A stretch of 64,000 bases of DNA from Dictyostelium discoideum. Lineage: Eukaryota. A program made the translations under genes and the position numbers. This document shows, piece by piece, positions 29,546 through 39,589 of this stretch (positions are counted from its first letter, which is position 1; each line of letters starts with the position of its first letter). The DNA is taken from positions 4,544,001-4,608,000 of the forward strand of contig CM000151.3 of NCBI GenBank assembly GCA_000004695.1. Direction: 5' to 3'. The notes beneath the pieces were generated by a model, which was not told the DNA's origin, did not search any database, and saw only the letters and a list, made by a program, of their open reading frames with translations.

Positions 29546-30736
29546 ATGAATTTCGTAAAATCATCATTAACCAAAGTAAGAGATACAACTCATCAAATTG
29601 GTGCTAAATTAGATTCTTTTGAAAATAAACCAAGTAATGATACTAATATTATTACAGATGCATATGCAAAGAAAAATGAAGATGAAGATCTTAGTAATAG
29701 AGCCACAGAAGTTGCTTCAAACAGTTTACCAACAAATTCAAATTTAAATTCTTCATCATCAAATGTTCAAAGAAAAAGAGAGGGTGAGGGATTATTAAAT
29801 CGTATTGAAAATACTTTTTCAAGAAAAAATAATAATAATAATAACGAAGAAGAAGAAGAAGAAGAAAGAGTTGTACAATCTGATAGTGATTCAAGATTAT
29901 CAGAAAAAAAAGATGGACTTTCAAATAAATTCCAAAATTCAATGAGAATGAATGATAATGAACCACAACAAGAAGAAGATAAAGAATCTGATTCTCACAA
30001 TAATGCAAGCAACTCAATTAAAAGAAATAAAGGTGGTTTATTTGATAGAGTAGAAAATGAAGTTGAATCATTTGGAAGAAGAAATGAAAATGAAAATGAA
30101 GATGAACCAGAGGAACAAAACTCTTCTTTGTCAAAAAAAGGTGAATTATCAAATAAAGCGGAAAATGAATTTTCATCATTAGGTAAAAGAAATGAAAATC
30201 AACAACAAGATGATGATGAAGAAACCTCAAATAATAGATCACAATCAACTTCAAATAAAAATGAAGGATTTTTAAATAAAATTGAAAATAAATTTTCTTC
30301 GATTACTGGAAGAAATAAGAATAATGATAATAATAATAATGATAATGAAGAAACTGAAAATAAAACTCAAAACACCCATTCACAACAAAGTCCAACTACT
30401 AGAACAGATCAAGGTTTTTTAAATAAAATCCATAATTATAATCAACAAGTTGAAACAAATGCATCATCAGCTTTAAATTTCATTGATGGTAAGTCATCAT
30501 CGTCAAATCCAACACCAACTTCAACACCAAATATTACATCATCAAATGAAAATTCAAATTTAAATAATAGATCTACAACTTCATCATCAACATCAAATGA
30601 AAGAGGTTCCTTTGGTGATGTTGAAGAAAAAGTTGATGGATTTTTCAAAGGAAATCAATCAAAATCACATAACGATCAAACAAATCCTGAACCACACAGA
30701 AAAGAAGGTTTATTATCTAAAATTGGAAAATTCTAA
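29546..30736 (+). CDS. hydrophilic protein with about 7 internal repeats of a G(L/F)L(N/S)(K/R)(I/V)EN.F(S).(G)(R/K)N motif
   Basis: Single 396-aa ORF starting at ATG. Repeats GLLNRIENTFSRKNN, GGLFDRVENEVESFGRRNEN, GELSNKAENEFSSLGKRNEN, EGFLNKIENKFSSITGRNKN, QGFLNKIHNYNQQ, EGLLSKIGKF. Confidence 0.55.
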   Translation: MNFVKSSLTKVRDTTHQIGAKLDSFENKPSNDTNIITDAYAKKNEDEDLSNRATEVASNSLPTNSNLNSSSSNVQRKREGEGLLNRIENTFSRKNNNNNNEEEEEEERVVQSDSDSRLSEKKDGLSNKFQNSMRMNDNEPQQEEDKESDSHNNASNSIKRNKGGLFDRVENEVESFGRRNENENEDEPEEQNSSLSKKGELSNKAENEFSSLGKRNENQQQDDDEETSNNRSQSTSNKNEGFLNKIENKFSSITGRNKNNDNNNNDNEETENKTQNTHSQQSPTTRTDQGFLNKIHNYNQQVETNASSALNFIDGKSSSSNPTPTSTPNITSSNENSNLNNRSTTSSSTSNERGSFGDVEEKVDGFFKGNQSKSHNDQTNPEPHRKEGLLSKIGKF

Positions 30737-30761
30737 ATTAATTTCATACCTTTTATAAATA

Positions 30762-30845
30762 TATTTTATATACCCATTTTATATACCCATTTTATATACC
30801 CATTTTATATACTTATTTTATATACCCATTTTATATACCTATTTT
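30762..30845. repeat. tandem ~15-bp repeat (ttttatataccca) x about 5.5 in 3' flank of the 29546-30736 gene
   Basis: cattttatataccca repeated head-to-tail with two point variants (tt instead of cc, and a terminal t). Confidence 0.85.
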
Positions 30846-30976
30846 TTTCAATAAAAAAAATAATTAAATAAATAAAAAAAAATAAAGATTTAATAAATAA
30901 TAATAATTAACTATTGTAATTTATTACTACTTTTTTTTTTTTTTTTTTTTTTTATTATTATTTCTTTTTTATTTAA

Positions 30977-32210
30977 TTATTTTTTTAAACAATTAACAGC
31001 TTTAATAGCAGCATCATCTAAATCACTAGCAGAAGTAATATTTAAACCAGATTTTTCCAAGATTTCTTTACCAATGTTTACATTTGTACCTTCTAAACGT
31101 ACAACTAATGGAATTTTAAGACCAACTTGTTTTGAAGCATTTACGATACCAGAGGCAATGATATCACATTTCATGATACCACCGAAAATGTTTACGAGTA
31201 AACATTTAACTCTTGGATCTTTAGTGAGGATTTTGAAGGCTTCAGTGACGGCTTGTTCAGAGGCACTACCACCTACATCGAGGAAATTAGCAGGGATACC
31301 ACCCTTTAATTTAATGATATCCATGGTGGCCATAGCCAAACCAGCACCATTAACCATACAACCAATGTTACCATCGAGACCAATGTAATTGAGACCAAAT
31401 TTACCAGCTTCAACCTCACGTGGATCCTCTTCGGCGGTATCTCTCATTTCGAAAATCTCCTTTTGACGGAATGAGGCATTGTCATCGAAATTGATTTTAG
31501 CATCCATACAAATGACTTGACCATCGGTGGTTTCAGCGAATGGGTTAATCTCGACTTGAGTTGCATCACTCTTGATGAATAATTGATAGAGGTTTTCCAT
31601 TTGTTGTTGAGCGATCTTTGCTTTCTCACCGGTGAAACCTAATTTCTCAGCGAGGTTTTTAGTTTGTTCTGGACGAATACCTTTGACGATATCGATTGGT
31701 TCTTTGAAAATTAAATCTGGTGTTTCCTCTGCAACACTCTCAATGTCAACACCACCTTGTGGTGATGCAATCATAACTGGTCCACCATATTTACGATCCA
31801 TAACGATTGCAAAATACAATTCTCTCTTTGGGTCAACTGATTCTGCCAACATTACACTTTGAACTTTGGTACCTTCTTTGGTGGTTTGTTTGGTTACAAG
31901 ATGTTTACCCAACATTTCGTCACATAAACGTTCTGCTTCCTTACCAGTTTTACAGAGATGAACACCTCCTTTAAATCCTGTCTCTATGAATGAACCCTTA
32001 CCTCTACCACCTGCATGTACTTGTGCTTTAACTACTAATTCTCCATTCAATTCTGATGCTGCTTTGATGGCATCTGATGCTTTTGTTACAACTCTCCATT
32101 TTTGTGTATTAACTCCATATTTATCCATTAATGATTTACTTTGATATTCATGTAAATTTAAATATCTAACTTGATATTTACTTGGATTAAATTTTAAAAC
32201 TCCTCCCTAA

Positions 32211-32242
<32 letters not shown>

Positions 32243-32552
32243 AAATACGAATATTTTATTATAACAATGTTATTTTTTATTTTTATTTTTTTTAAAAAAA
32301 TGATTAATATTTCTTTTTTTTTTTTTTTTTTTTTCCTTTACTTTATTTTAATTTATTTTTAATTTATTTTTTATTTTTATTTTTATTTCTTTATTTTCTT
32401 TTTTTTTTTTTTTATTTCTTTTTTTTATTTATTTTTGATGTGATATAGTATATTTTTATTTTATCTTTATTTTTATTATTTTTATTTTTTTTATTTTTTT
32501 TATTTTTTCAATCACCTACAATAACTTTATTAGCTGAATTAAAGAGTGACAT
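30977..32552 (-). CDS. succinyl-CoA ligase beta subunit (ATP-grasp), mitochondrial (exons 32552-32520, 32206-30977)
   Basis: ORF 30977-32128 matches SCS-beta throughout (KAQVHAGGRGKG, GNIGCMVNGAGLAMATMD, FGGIMKCD). The frame stays open upstream to a TAG acceptor at ~32207 (GGVLKFNPSKYQVRYLNLHEYQSKSLMDKYGV). A 33-nt first exon ATG TCA CTC TTT AAT TCA GCT AAT AAA GTT ATT is followed by GTAGGT; intron ~313 nt. Confidence 0.8.
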
Positions 32553-32740
32553 TTTATATAAGTATATACAAATATATGAATGAAATGTTGAAAATCAAAA
32601 TTAAAAAATAAAAAAAAAATAAAAAAAAAATTTAAAAAAATTTAAAAATTTTATTTTTTTTTTTTTTTTTTTTAAAAAAAAATGTAATTTGATTTTTTCA
32701 ATCGCAAATTAAAAATAAAAAGATGATGGTTTGAAATAAC

Positions 32741-32781
<41 letters not shown>

Positions 32782-33026
32782 AAAATAAAAAAAAAAAAAA
32801 ATAATAATAAATGCAGATCACAGTTTGGACAATAGGAAATTTAGATTTTAGATAAATAAAAATAAAAATAAAAATGAAAAAAAAATTTAATAAAAAAAAA
32901 ATTAAATAAAAAAAAAAAAAAAAAAAAAAAATTAAATAAATATATAATACAAGAATAAAAATAAATTGTTTTATTTTATTATAATTATTTTTATTATTAT
33001 TTTCTATTATTTTTTTTTATATTTTT

Positions 33027-34042
33027 TTAAAAAAATAATGATTGATCAAAAGTTGGACCTTGAAGTAATTTCCAACAAGATGGAGTTTTTAATTGTGGTG
33101 AAGATGGTGATTCTTGATTTTTAATGAAATTATAAATTAAATTTGACATTTGTAAAGCTTCATTAGTATTATAACCTTCTGAACAGAATAAATTTAAACA
33201 TAAAAATGAAACCTTGTTGTTGTTGTCGTTGTTTTTGCTATTAATTGTTGAATAAATTTCTTTTGCTAAACCAGTTAATCTATTACTAAGTTGAATTGTT
33301 TCACCCTCTGGTGATTGTACAGTTAATTCCATCTCTGAAATATTCATTTCATTTAATTTTGAAATTATATTTTTATCAACATTATCTGATTTAATAAATC
33401 TAACTTGTGATCTGCATTATTTTGAAAAAAGTAAAAAAAATAAGGTTCAATATTGATATTTAAATAAATAAATATAGATATAGAGATATATATATTTTTA
33501 AAAAATTACCCTGTTAATTGAGAATCAACTCTTTTATTTGCATTACTACTTGAAAGGAATAAAATCTCTTTAATTTCTTCTGCATTGATCCATTTAAATA
33601 AATTTTCTGAAAAGTTTGGAATACGACCCTATAATAAAATAATAGTAATTAAAAATAAATTATGATTAATAAAAGCAATGAAAGGAGAGGAGAGAGGAGA
33701 TGATAATGATAATGATATTGAAATAAATTTTCATACATCAACTATTGGTGATCTTTGTTGAACTAATGTAATTGAAGGAAATAATGAGGATTGATAAACT
33801 TCAATACTTGTTGACATTATACCATTGTTATTATCTAATGTTGTAAAACAATCATTTCCAATGATTGGTGTAATATTTTCATCAACAATGAAACCAATTC
33901 TTTTGAATTCGAATGAACATATTAAAACATCGATTGTTAATTGACCAATATTACCAAGTGTTAGTGATGGCCATATTAATGTATGATTTTTAAATGAAAT
34001 ATTATTATTATTATTATCAATTGAATAAAAAAATTTGTTCAT
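33027..34042 (-). CDS. psmG2: proteasome assembly chaperone 2 (PSMG2/PAC2 family) (exons 34042-33737, 33628-33510, 33411-33027)
   Basis: N-terminus [30 protein letters not shown] matches PSMG2 (PAVSVGNVGQLAMDLIIS...KIGY). C-terminus [12 protein letters not shown] matches WKIPSSWRLLFG. GTATGA and GTAATT donors; TATAG and TGCAG acceptors; phases are consistent with ORFs 33731-34042 and 33027-33347. Confidence 0.75.
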
Positions 34043-34207
34043 TTTATTTTATTTCTATTTTTTAAAAGGTTTCCCACACACTGTGAAGTTGCTAAAATAA
34101 ATAAAATTTTTTTTTTTTTTTTTTCATTTTTAATTTTTTAATTTTTAATTTTTAATTTATTTTTTTTTTATTTATTTTTTTTTTTATTTTTTTTTTTTAC
34201 CCATTTT

Positions 34208-34843
34208 TCAAGTAAAATTGTGAGAAGATGAAAATAACCAATTTAAGCCAAATTCTAAACCATCACCAGTTATGGCATTAGAAGATTGAATGTGCCATTT
34301 CCTATTTAAAGATAATTTATTTAGTTCCAATTTATCAATCAATTGTTCAATGGATAAAGAATTTTTTAAATCTTGTTTATTTGCAAATATTAAGAATGGA
34401 TGATTTTTGAAGATTTTAATATTTTCATCAAGTTTCTTAATTTCCAACCTCACCTCTTCAATTCTTTCTTGATCACTTGAATCAACTACAAATATTAAAC
34501 CATTGGTTTCATCAGTATAATAGTTTGGCCATAATGGTCTAATCATATTTTGACCACAAACTACAAATAATGTAATACAACTAGTAATAAATAATTCATT
34601 ACCACCACTACCACTACCACAACCAAAACCAAAACCAAAACCATTTTTACCATAACCATCTTCATTATTATATTTAAATCTTCTTTCAAAAGTTTCAACA
34701 AAAAATCCTTTTTCAGGTCTAGTTGGTATATCTTTATTAAATTTTAATCTATACATTATTTTTTTTTTTCCTGAATTATCTATTCCCAAAATTAAAAATC
34801 TTTTAAAATCTTTTTTTTCAATAAAACTAAATCCCATACCCAT
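34208..34843 (-). CDS. ARF-like small GTPase with Gly/Phe-rich internal insertion
   Basis: Single ORF starting MGMGFSF (myristoylation-type MG). G1 LILGIDNSGKKKI, G3-like VVCGQNMIRPLWPNYY, G4 NKQD, C-terminal SNAITGDGLEFGLNWL. Insertion GFGFGFGCGSGSGG. Confidence 0.7.
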   Translation of the reverse strand: MGMGFSFIEKKDFKRFLILGIDNSGKKKIMYRLKFNKDIPTRPEKGFFVETFERRFKYNNEDGYGKNGFGFGFGCGSGSGGNELFITSCITLFVVCGQNMIRPLWPNYYTDETNGLIFVVDSSDQERIEEVRLEIKKLDENIKIFKNHPFLIFANKQDLKNSLSIEQLIDKLELNKLSLNRKWHIQSSNAITGDGLEFGLNWLFSSSHNFT

Positions 34844-34880
34844 TTTATCTTTTTTTGTGAAATAAAAGTTTTATATGATT

Positions 34881-34941
<61 letters not shown>

Positions 34942-35133
34942 ATTTATAAAGAACAATGTGTGTTTTTTAAAATTAAATTATAAAATTAAGGTGGTTTCTA
35001 AAATAAATAAATAAATAAAAAAATAAAAAAAGATCATATTAAAAATTTAAATAAATTAGGTGTATATTGTTTCTATTTACATGTCGAGATTTCTTTTATT
35101 TAATTTTTTTTTTTTAATTTTTTTTTTTTTTTT

Positions 35134-35992
35134 TTAATCTGTTCCAGTCGATGTTCTATTCATTGAATTTATACTTAATTGAAGTAATCTCATATTATCG
35201 ATTAATTTCTTTATTACACAATTTTTTTGATATGCATCCTATATTATAATAATAATAATAATTAATTTAATAAATAAATTTTTTTTTTTTTTTCTTGAAC
35301 ATAAAATTAATAATAATAATAGTAATTACCATTTTTAATCTTTCCAATTCATTAGATAATGAGGTTTGATCCTGTTTTTCTATATTAATTGTTGTTGTTG
35401 TTGGTGCTGAGGTACTACTATTATTATTATCATCTTTCATGATAGTATCATCATTATCAATATTATCTTTTGGTTTTTGTGATATTTTAGTTTCTAATAA
35501 TGAAATTTCTTTAATAGTTTTTTGTAATGCTAAAATTGATTGAATGCAATTTTGATTTAATTCTTTAATTTTATCATTATCATTTACAAAATTTAAATTT
35601 AATGTTGGTAATGTTGGTGATGATGGTTGTTCTTTTGTAGTTGTTGTTGCTGTTGAATCTTTTGAATTTAATGGTGATGTTGTAGAAGTTGTTGTTGTTG
35701 GTGTTGTTGTTGATGATGTAGATGATGTAGTAGTGGTTGTTGTAGAATTATTAGTATTAGTATTTGTTGAATTATTTGTAGAAGAAGGAATACTTTGAGG
35801 TTGTTGAAGTTGTTGTGATTGCAATTGTTGTTGAGCTTTAGTTGAAACTTGGTATGTTAATACTGGATCAGATTGAATGGTTTTTAATTGCTTTACAATT
35901 GCTAATATATTCAATAGTAGTTTATGTATTGATTTTTCACCTTTTACTGCCAATGAACAAATCAATTCCTCTTCAATTTCAATTTTATCCAT
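35134..35992 (-). CDS. coiled-coil protein with S/T/Q-rich middle region (exons 35992-35330, 35238-35134)
   Basis: ATG at 35992 (MDKIEIEEELICSLAVKGEKSIHKLL...). GTAATT donor after ...ELERLKM at 35329; ATATAG acceptor at 35239. Second exon DAYQKNCVIKKLIDNMRLLQLSINSMNRTSTGTD*. The leading poly-F stretch of ORF 35267-36085 is upstream non-coding read-through. Confidence 0.5.
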
Positions 35993-36343
35993 TTTATATA
36001 TATATAGGTTCAAAGATAATTGAAAATGCAACTCAAAAAAAAAAAAAAAAATAAAAAAATAAAAAAAAAAAAAATGAAAATGCAACTCAAATGAAAAAAA
36101 AAAAAAAAAAAAAAATGGTGTGAGTGGAAATTTTAAAATTAATTCTTAAAGTCCAAAAAATATAGAAATCATTTTAATAATATAATATTAAGTAATTAAA
36201 TTTTTATTATTATATATTTAAAAATATTTTTGAATACCTTTTTTTTTTTTTTTCTTTTTTTTTTTTAAAGTTTGGTATAAATTTTTAATTGAATGTAAAA
36301 AAAAAAAACTTTAAAAACCTTTTAAAGAAAGAAAACCATTTTT

Positions 36344-37051
36344 TTATTGGGATGGACCAAGATCAAATTCTGGATGTTTTTTAAGATACTAGAAAATAAT
36401 AATAAAAATTGTTAGAATATATTTTATTTAAAATATAATAAAAAATAAATAATAAATTAAACTTACTTCATGAATTTCTAGATAGGATAATTTATCGTTC
36501 TTATCCTTATCAACAGCACTAAAGAAGTATCTGCATGAGCTTTTGGCTCTTCTGCATTTAGCTTTTTCCCTTTCTTCAGCACTTAATTCATCATCTTCTT
36601 CATCAAAATCCGGATCTTTAAGGTACAATTGATACATTTCATCAAATGTTACAACACCGTCATTATCAGTGTCATATTTCTTACGGAAATCTTTGACCTT
36701 GGATCTGAGAGCTTTTTCAGTTCTGATTAAATCTTGTTTAATTTTCTTGGACATTAAAACTTCTCTAATTTCCTGGATGGAAAGGTTTTCAGTATCAGCA
36801 TCACGATTATAATGATCAAACATTGATTTTGTGGCAGCAAGTGGATCCTTAATATTGGAATTTGAGCTCATACGAGAGAAAACTTCATCCCATGATAAGT
36901 TACCATCACCATCTTTGTCAAAAGAAGTAAAAATTTTTTCCTAATTATTTTAAAAAATAAAATTAATAATTTTAAATAAAAAATTATATATTTTGAAAAA
37001 AAATAATTTAAAATTTAAAATACTTACAATTTGAGCTTCAACCTTAGACAT
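36344..37051 (-). CDS. EF-hand calcium-binding protein (exons 37051-37028, 36940-36467, 36388-36344)
   Basis: A 24-nt first exon (MSKVEAQI) is followed by GTAAGT. Exon 2 carries EF loops DKDGDGNLSWDE, DTDNDGVVTFDE and DKDKNDKLSYLE and ends CATGAA|GTAAGT. A 45-nt last exon gives YLKKHPEFDLGPSQ*. Phases fit ORF 36428-36871. Confidence 0.7.
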
Positions 37052-37459
37052 TGTTTTTTTAAATTTATTTGTTAAGTTATTATTAATGATTAAAAAAAAA
37101 AAAATTGTTTCTTTTTATACAAAAAAAAATAAAAAATAAAAAATAAAAAAAAAAAAATAAAAAAAAAAACTTTTTGCCCACTCATTTATTTTTTTTATTA
37201 TTATTATTTTTATTATTAAAAACTCATTCCTAGTATGGGCAAAATAATGATTTTTTTTTTTTAACTTTTTTTTTTTTTTTCAGACACTATTTTTATATCC
37301 CCCAATTAAAAAAAAAAAACCTTTTTTTTTAATAATAATTATAAAATTATAAAAAAAAAAAACTTGTTAGGTGTTTTATGAACCCACAGCATGAATAATA
37401 AAAAAACACTTCATTTTTTTTATTTTGTAATTTGACACACCACTAAAAAAAATTAAAAA

Positions 37460-37540
37460 AGTAAAAAAATGAAAAAATTAAAAAAAAAAAAGATTTAAAT
37501 CACCTTTTTTATTAATTGAATCGTGATTGACACCCACTTT
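37460..37540. repeat. dispersed ~60-80 bp repeat, copy 1 (aaaaagtaaaaaaa...agatttaaatcacctttttt..ttgaatcgtgattgacacccacttt)
   Basis: Near-identical to 39403-39463 (agatttaaatcaccttttttt..ttgaattgtaattggcacccacttt). Both copies sit just 3' of minus-strand genes. Confidence 0.7.
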
Positions 37541-37582
37541 CAATTTTTTTTTATTTTTATTTTTTTTATTTTTTAATAATTG

Positions 37583-38705
37583 TTAATTTAATGAAAGTTT
37601 AATAAATGAACAAAGAATGTTTGGTAAACTTGAAACTTTATCAATTTTAAAATTTGATAATTTAATTAAATTATTCCATTCATTTAAAGTTCTTTCTTTA
37701 CCACCATTTAAAATATTAATTGTATCTATTTAAAATTTAAATTAAAAAATATAATAATTAATAATAATAATTAAAAATAATTAAATTAAATTTAATTTCA
37801 AAAGATACATACGATATTCAATTGAAATTGGAATTGATTTTTTATTTTTATAAATTATATGATCAAATATATAAATACAAACTTCATTTTGATATGAAGA
37901 TTTAATTGATTTATAAATTTTATTTAAAATTTCTAATACTTGATTATCGCTAAACATATGGAATATATATTTAACTAAATAACAATTGCCAATTGGAAAT
38001 GTTTCATCAGTGAAAAAGTTACCCATTATTTCAAAATAACGATTATCTTTATAATTTTTTTCATTATTTTCAATTACTTCTTTTAAATCATAATTAATAC
38101 CTTTTTCAATGATTGAATTGTTTAAATGATATTTATCCAATATTTTCTTAATAGATTCACCTTGAGAACCACCCAAATCAACAATTGTTTTAAAATTACT
38201 AAAATCAACAATTTCTAAAATTGAATCAATTTGAGTTCTAGTGTATTCAGTCAATGTATTGTGAAAATATTTTTTAAGATTTTTTTCTTTATCAATGAAA
38301 TCAAAACCATCATTATAACCACTATTAAAAGTGCCCATTGCTTTTCCAGTTTTAAGACTTTCTTCAATATGTTTAAAATATGGTAATAATGTAACTTGAA
38401 AATATGAATCATTTACCCATGGATACTTATCTGTATCATTAATTAATGTTTCAGAAATTTCAGTATTTGAAAATAGTCTATCAATTTCTTCATCTTCTTT
38501 AAAAATACCCATAGTAGATAATGTTCTCAATAAAACATATAATCCATGCTCATTATATCCATTACATTCTTAATTGTTTAATACTTTTTGAACCATTTTT
38601 TAATTTATTTGGAATTTCTAATTCTAAAATAACTTTTAATGAGTATGATTTTATATAACCAGTTGCAATATCATATATAAAATTTTTAATTTGAATATTT
38701 TCCAT
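37583..38705 (-). CDS. class I SAM-dependent O-methyltransferase (plant COMT-like), with an N-terminal frame discontinuity near 38545 (exons ~38705-37813, 37725-37583)
   Basis: Dimerisation-domain N-terminus (YIKSYSLKVILELEIPNKLKNGSKSIKQL) and ...ECNGYNEHGLYVLLRTLSTMGIF lie in frames offset by 1 with only 5 nt of overlap. SAM motif VDLGGSQG and IFHMFSDNQVLEILNKIYKSI. GTATGT donor at 37812; AATAG acceptor; last exon ...GGKERTLNEWNNLIKLSNFKIDKV...*. Confidence 0.65.
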
Positions 38706-38760
38706 TATTATTATTATTTATTATTACTATTTCTTTTAATTTTTTTTTTTTAAATAATCC

Positions 38761-38791
<31 letters not shown>

Positions 38792-38878
38792 AAATACTTA
38801 TACAACTAATTTTTATAATATAATAAAAAAAGATAAAATCTCCAAATCTCTTAAATTTTATAAATTGAATACACTAAA

Positions 38879-38884
<6 letters not shown>

Positions 38885-38965
<81 letters not shown>
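38885..38965. repeat. poly(dT) tract ~80 nt (5' flank of minus-strand O-methyltransferase)
   Basis: Uninterrupted T run; longest homopolymer in window. Confidence 0.9.
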
Positions 38966-38989
38966 CAGTTAATTTCCGACCTATTACAT

Positions 38990-39400
38990 CTCCAATTGGT
39001 TGTCAAAGTAATTGGAATTTCATCAAATTCCTATAATGGTATATTTTACTTATTAAATGATAATAAATAGGCAATTTTTATAATTAATAAATGAGGTATG
39101 TCATTATCTTTAATATTATTATTGTTTCAGATTTATGTGTAAACAAATGAGTGAATTTTAAATTTTCAGAATTTAAACTATTTACAAGAATATTATTAAA
39201 ATAATTATCTATTATTCTTTATTTTGAGTAAATAAATTCAATAATCCTAATAAAAATTACCATTCAAAAATTGTAAACCAAAACCATGTAATAATTCACC
39301 CATTGCATCATTTCTAGTAACAGCACCAATACTTTCTATATGACAAAAATTAATAGCTAAAGTAGGTAATCCTATTCTTCCATATTTGAAAGTAGGTAAT
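38990..39400 (-). pseudogene. polyketide-synthase fragment (ketoreductase C-terminal / inter-domain region), degenerate
   Basis: The minus-strand translation GLPTLAINFCHIESIGAVTRNDAMGELLHGFGLQFLNGN then hits stops. It is clearly paralogous to IGLPALAINFGHIGSIGVVTRNDAISELLHGFGLQSMNGN in the 48.9-kb PKS remnant. No start codon and multiple stops downstream. Confidence 0.5.
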
Positions 39401-39402
39401 AA

Positions 39403-39463
39403 AAAGTAAAAAAAACAAGATTTAAATCACCTTTTTTTATTTTTGAATTGTAATTGGCACCCA
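39403..39463. repeat. dispersed repeat, copy 2 (see 37460-37540)
   Basis: Same core with 2-3 substitutions; lies between the PKS fragment and the Ran-like gene 3' end. Confidence 0.7.
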
Positions 39464-39589
39464 CTTTTATTTTTTTATTTATTATTTTTATTATTATTTT
39501 TATTATTTTTATTATTATTTTTATTATTATTTTTGTTATTATTTTTGTTATTATTTTTATTATTATTATTTTTATTATTATTAATCAGT

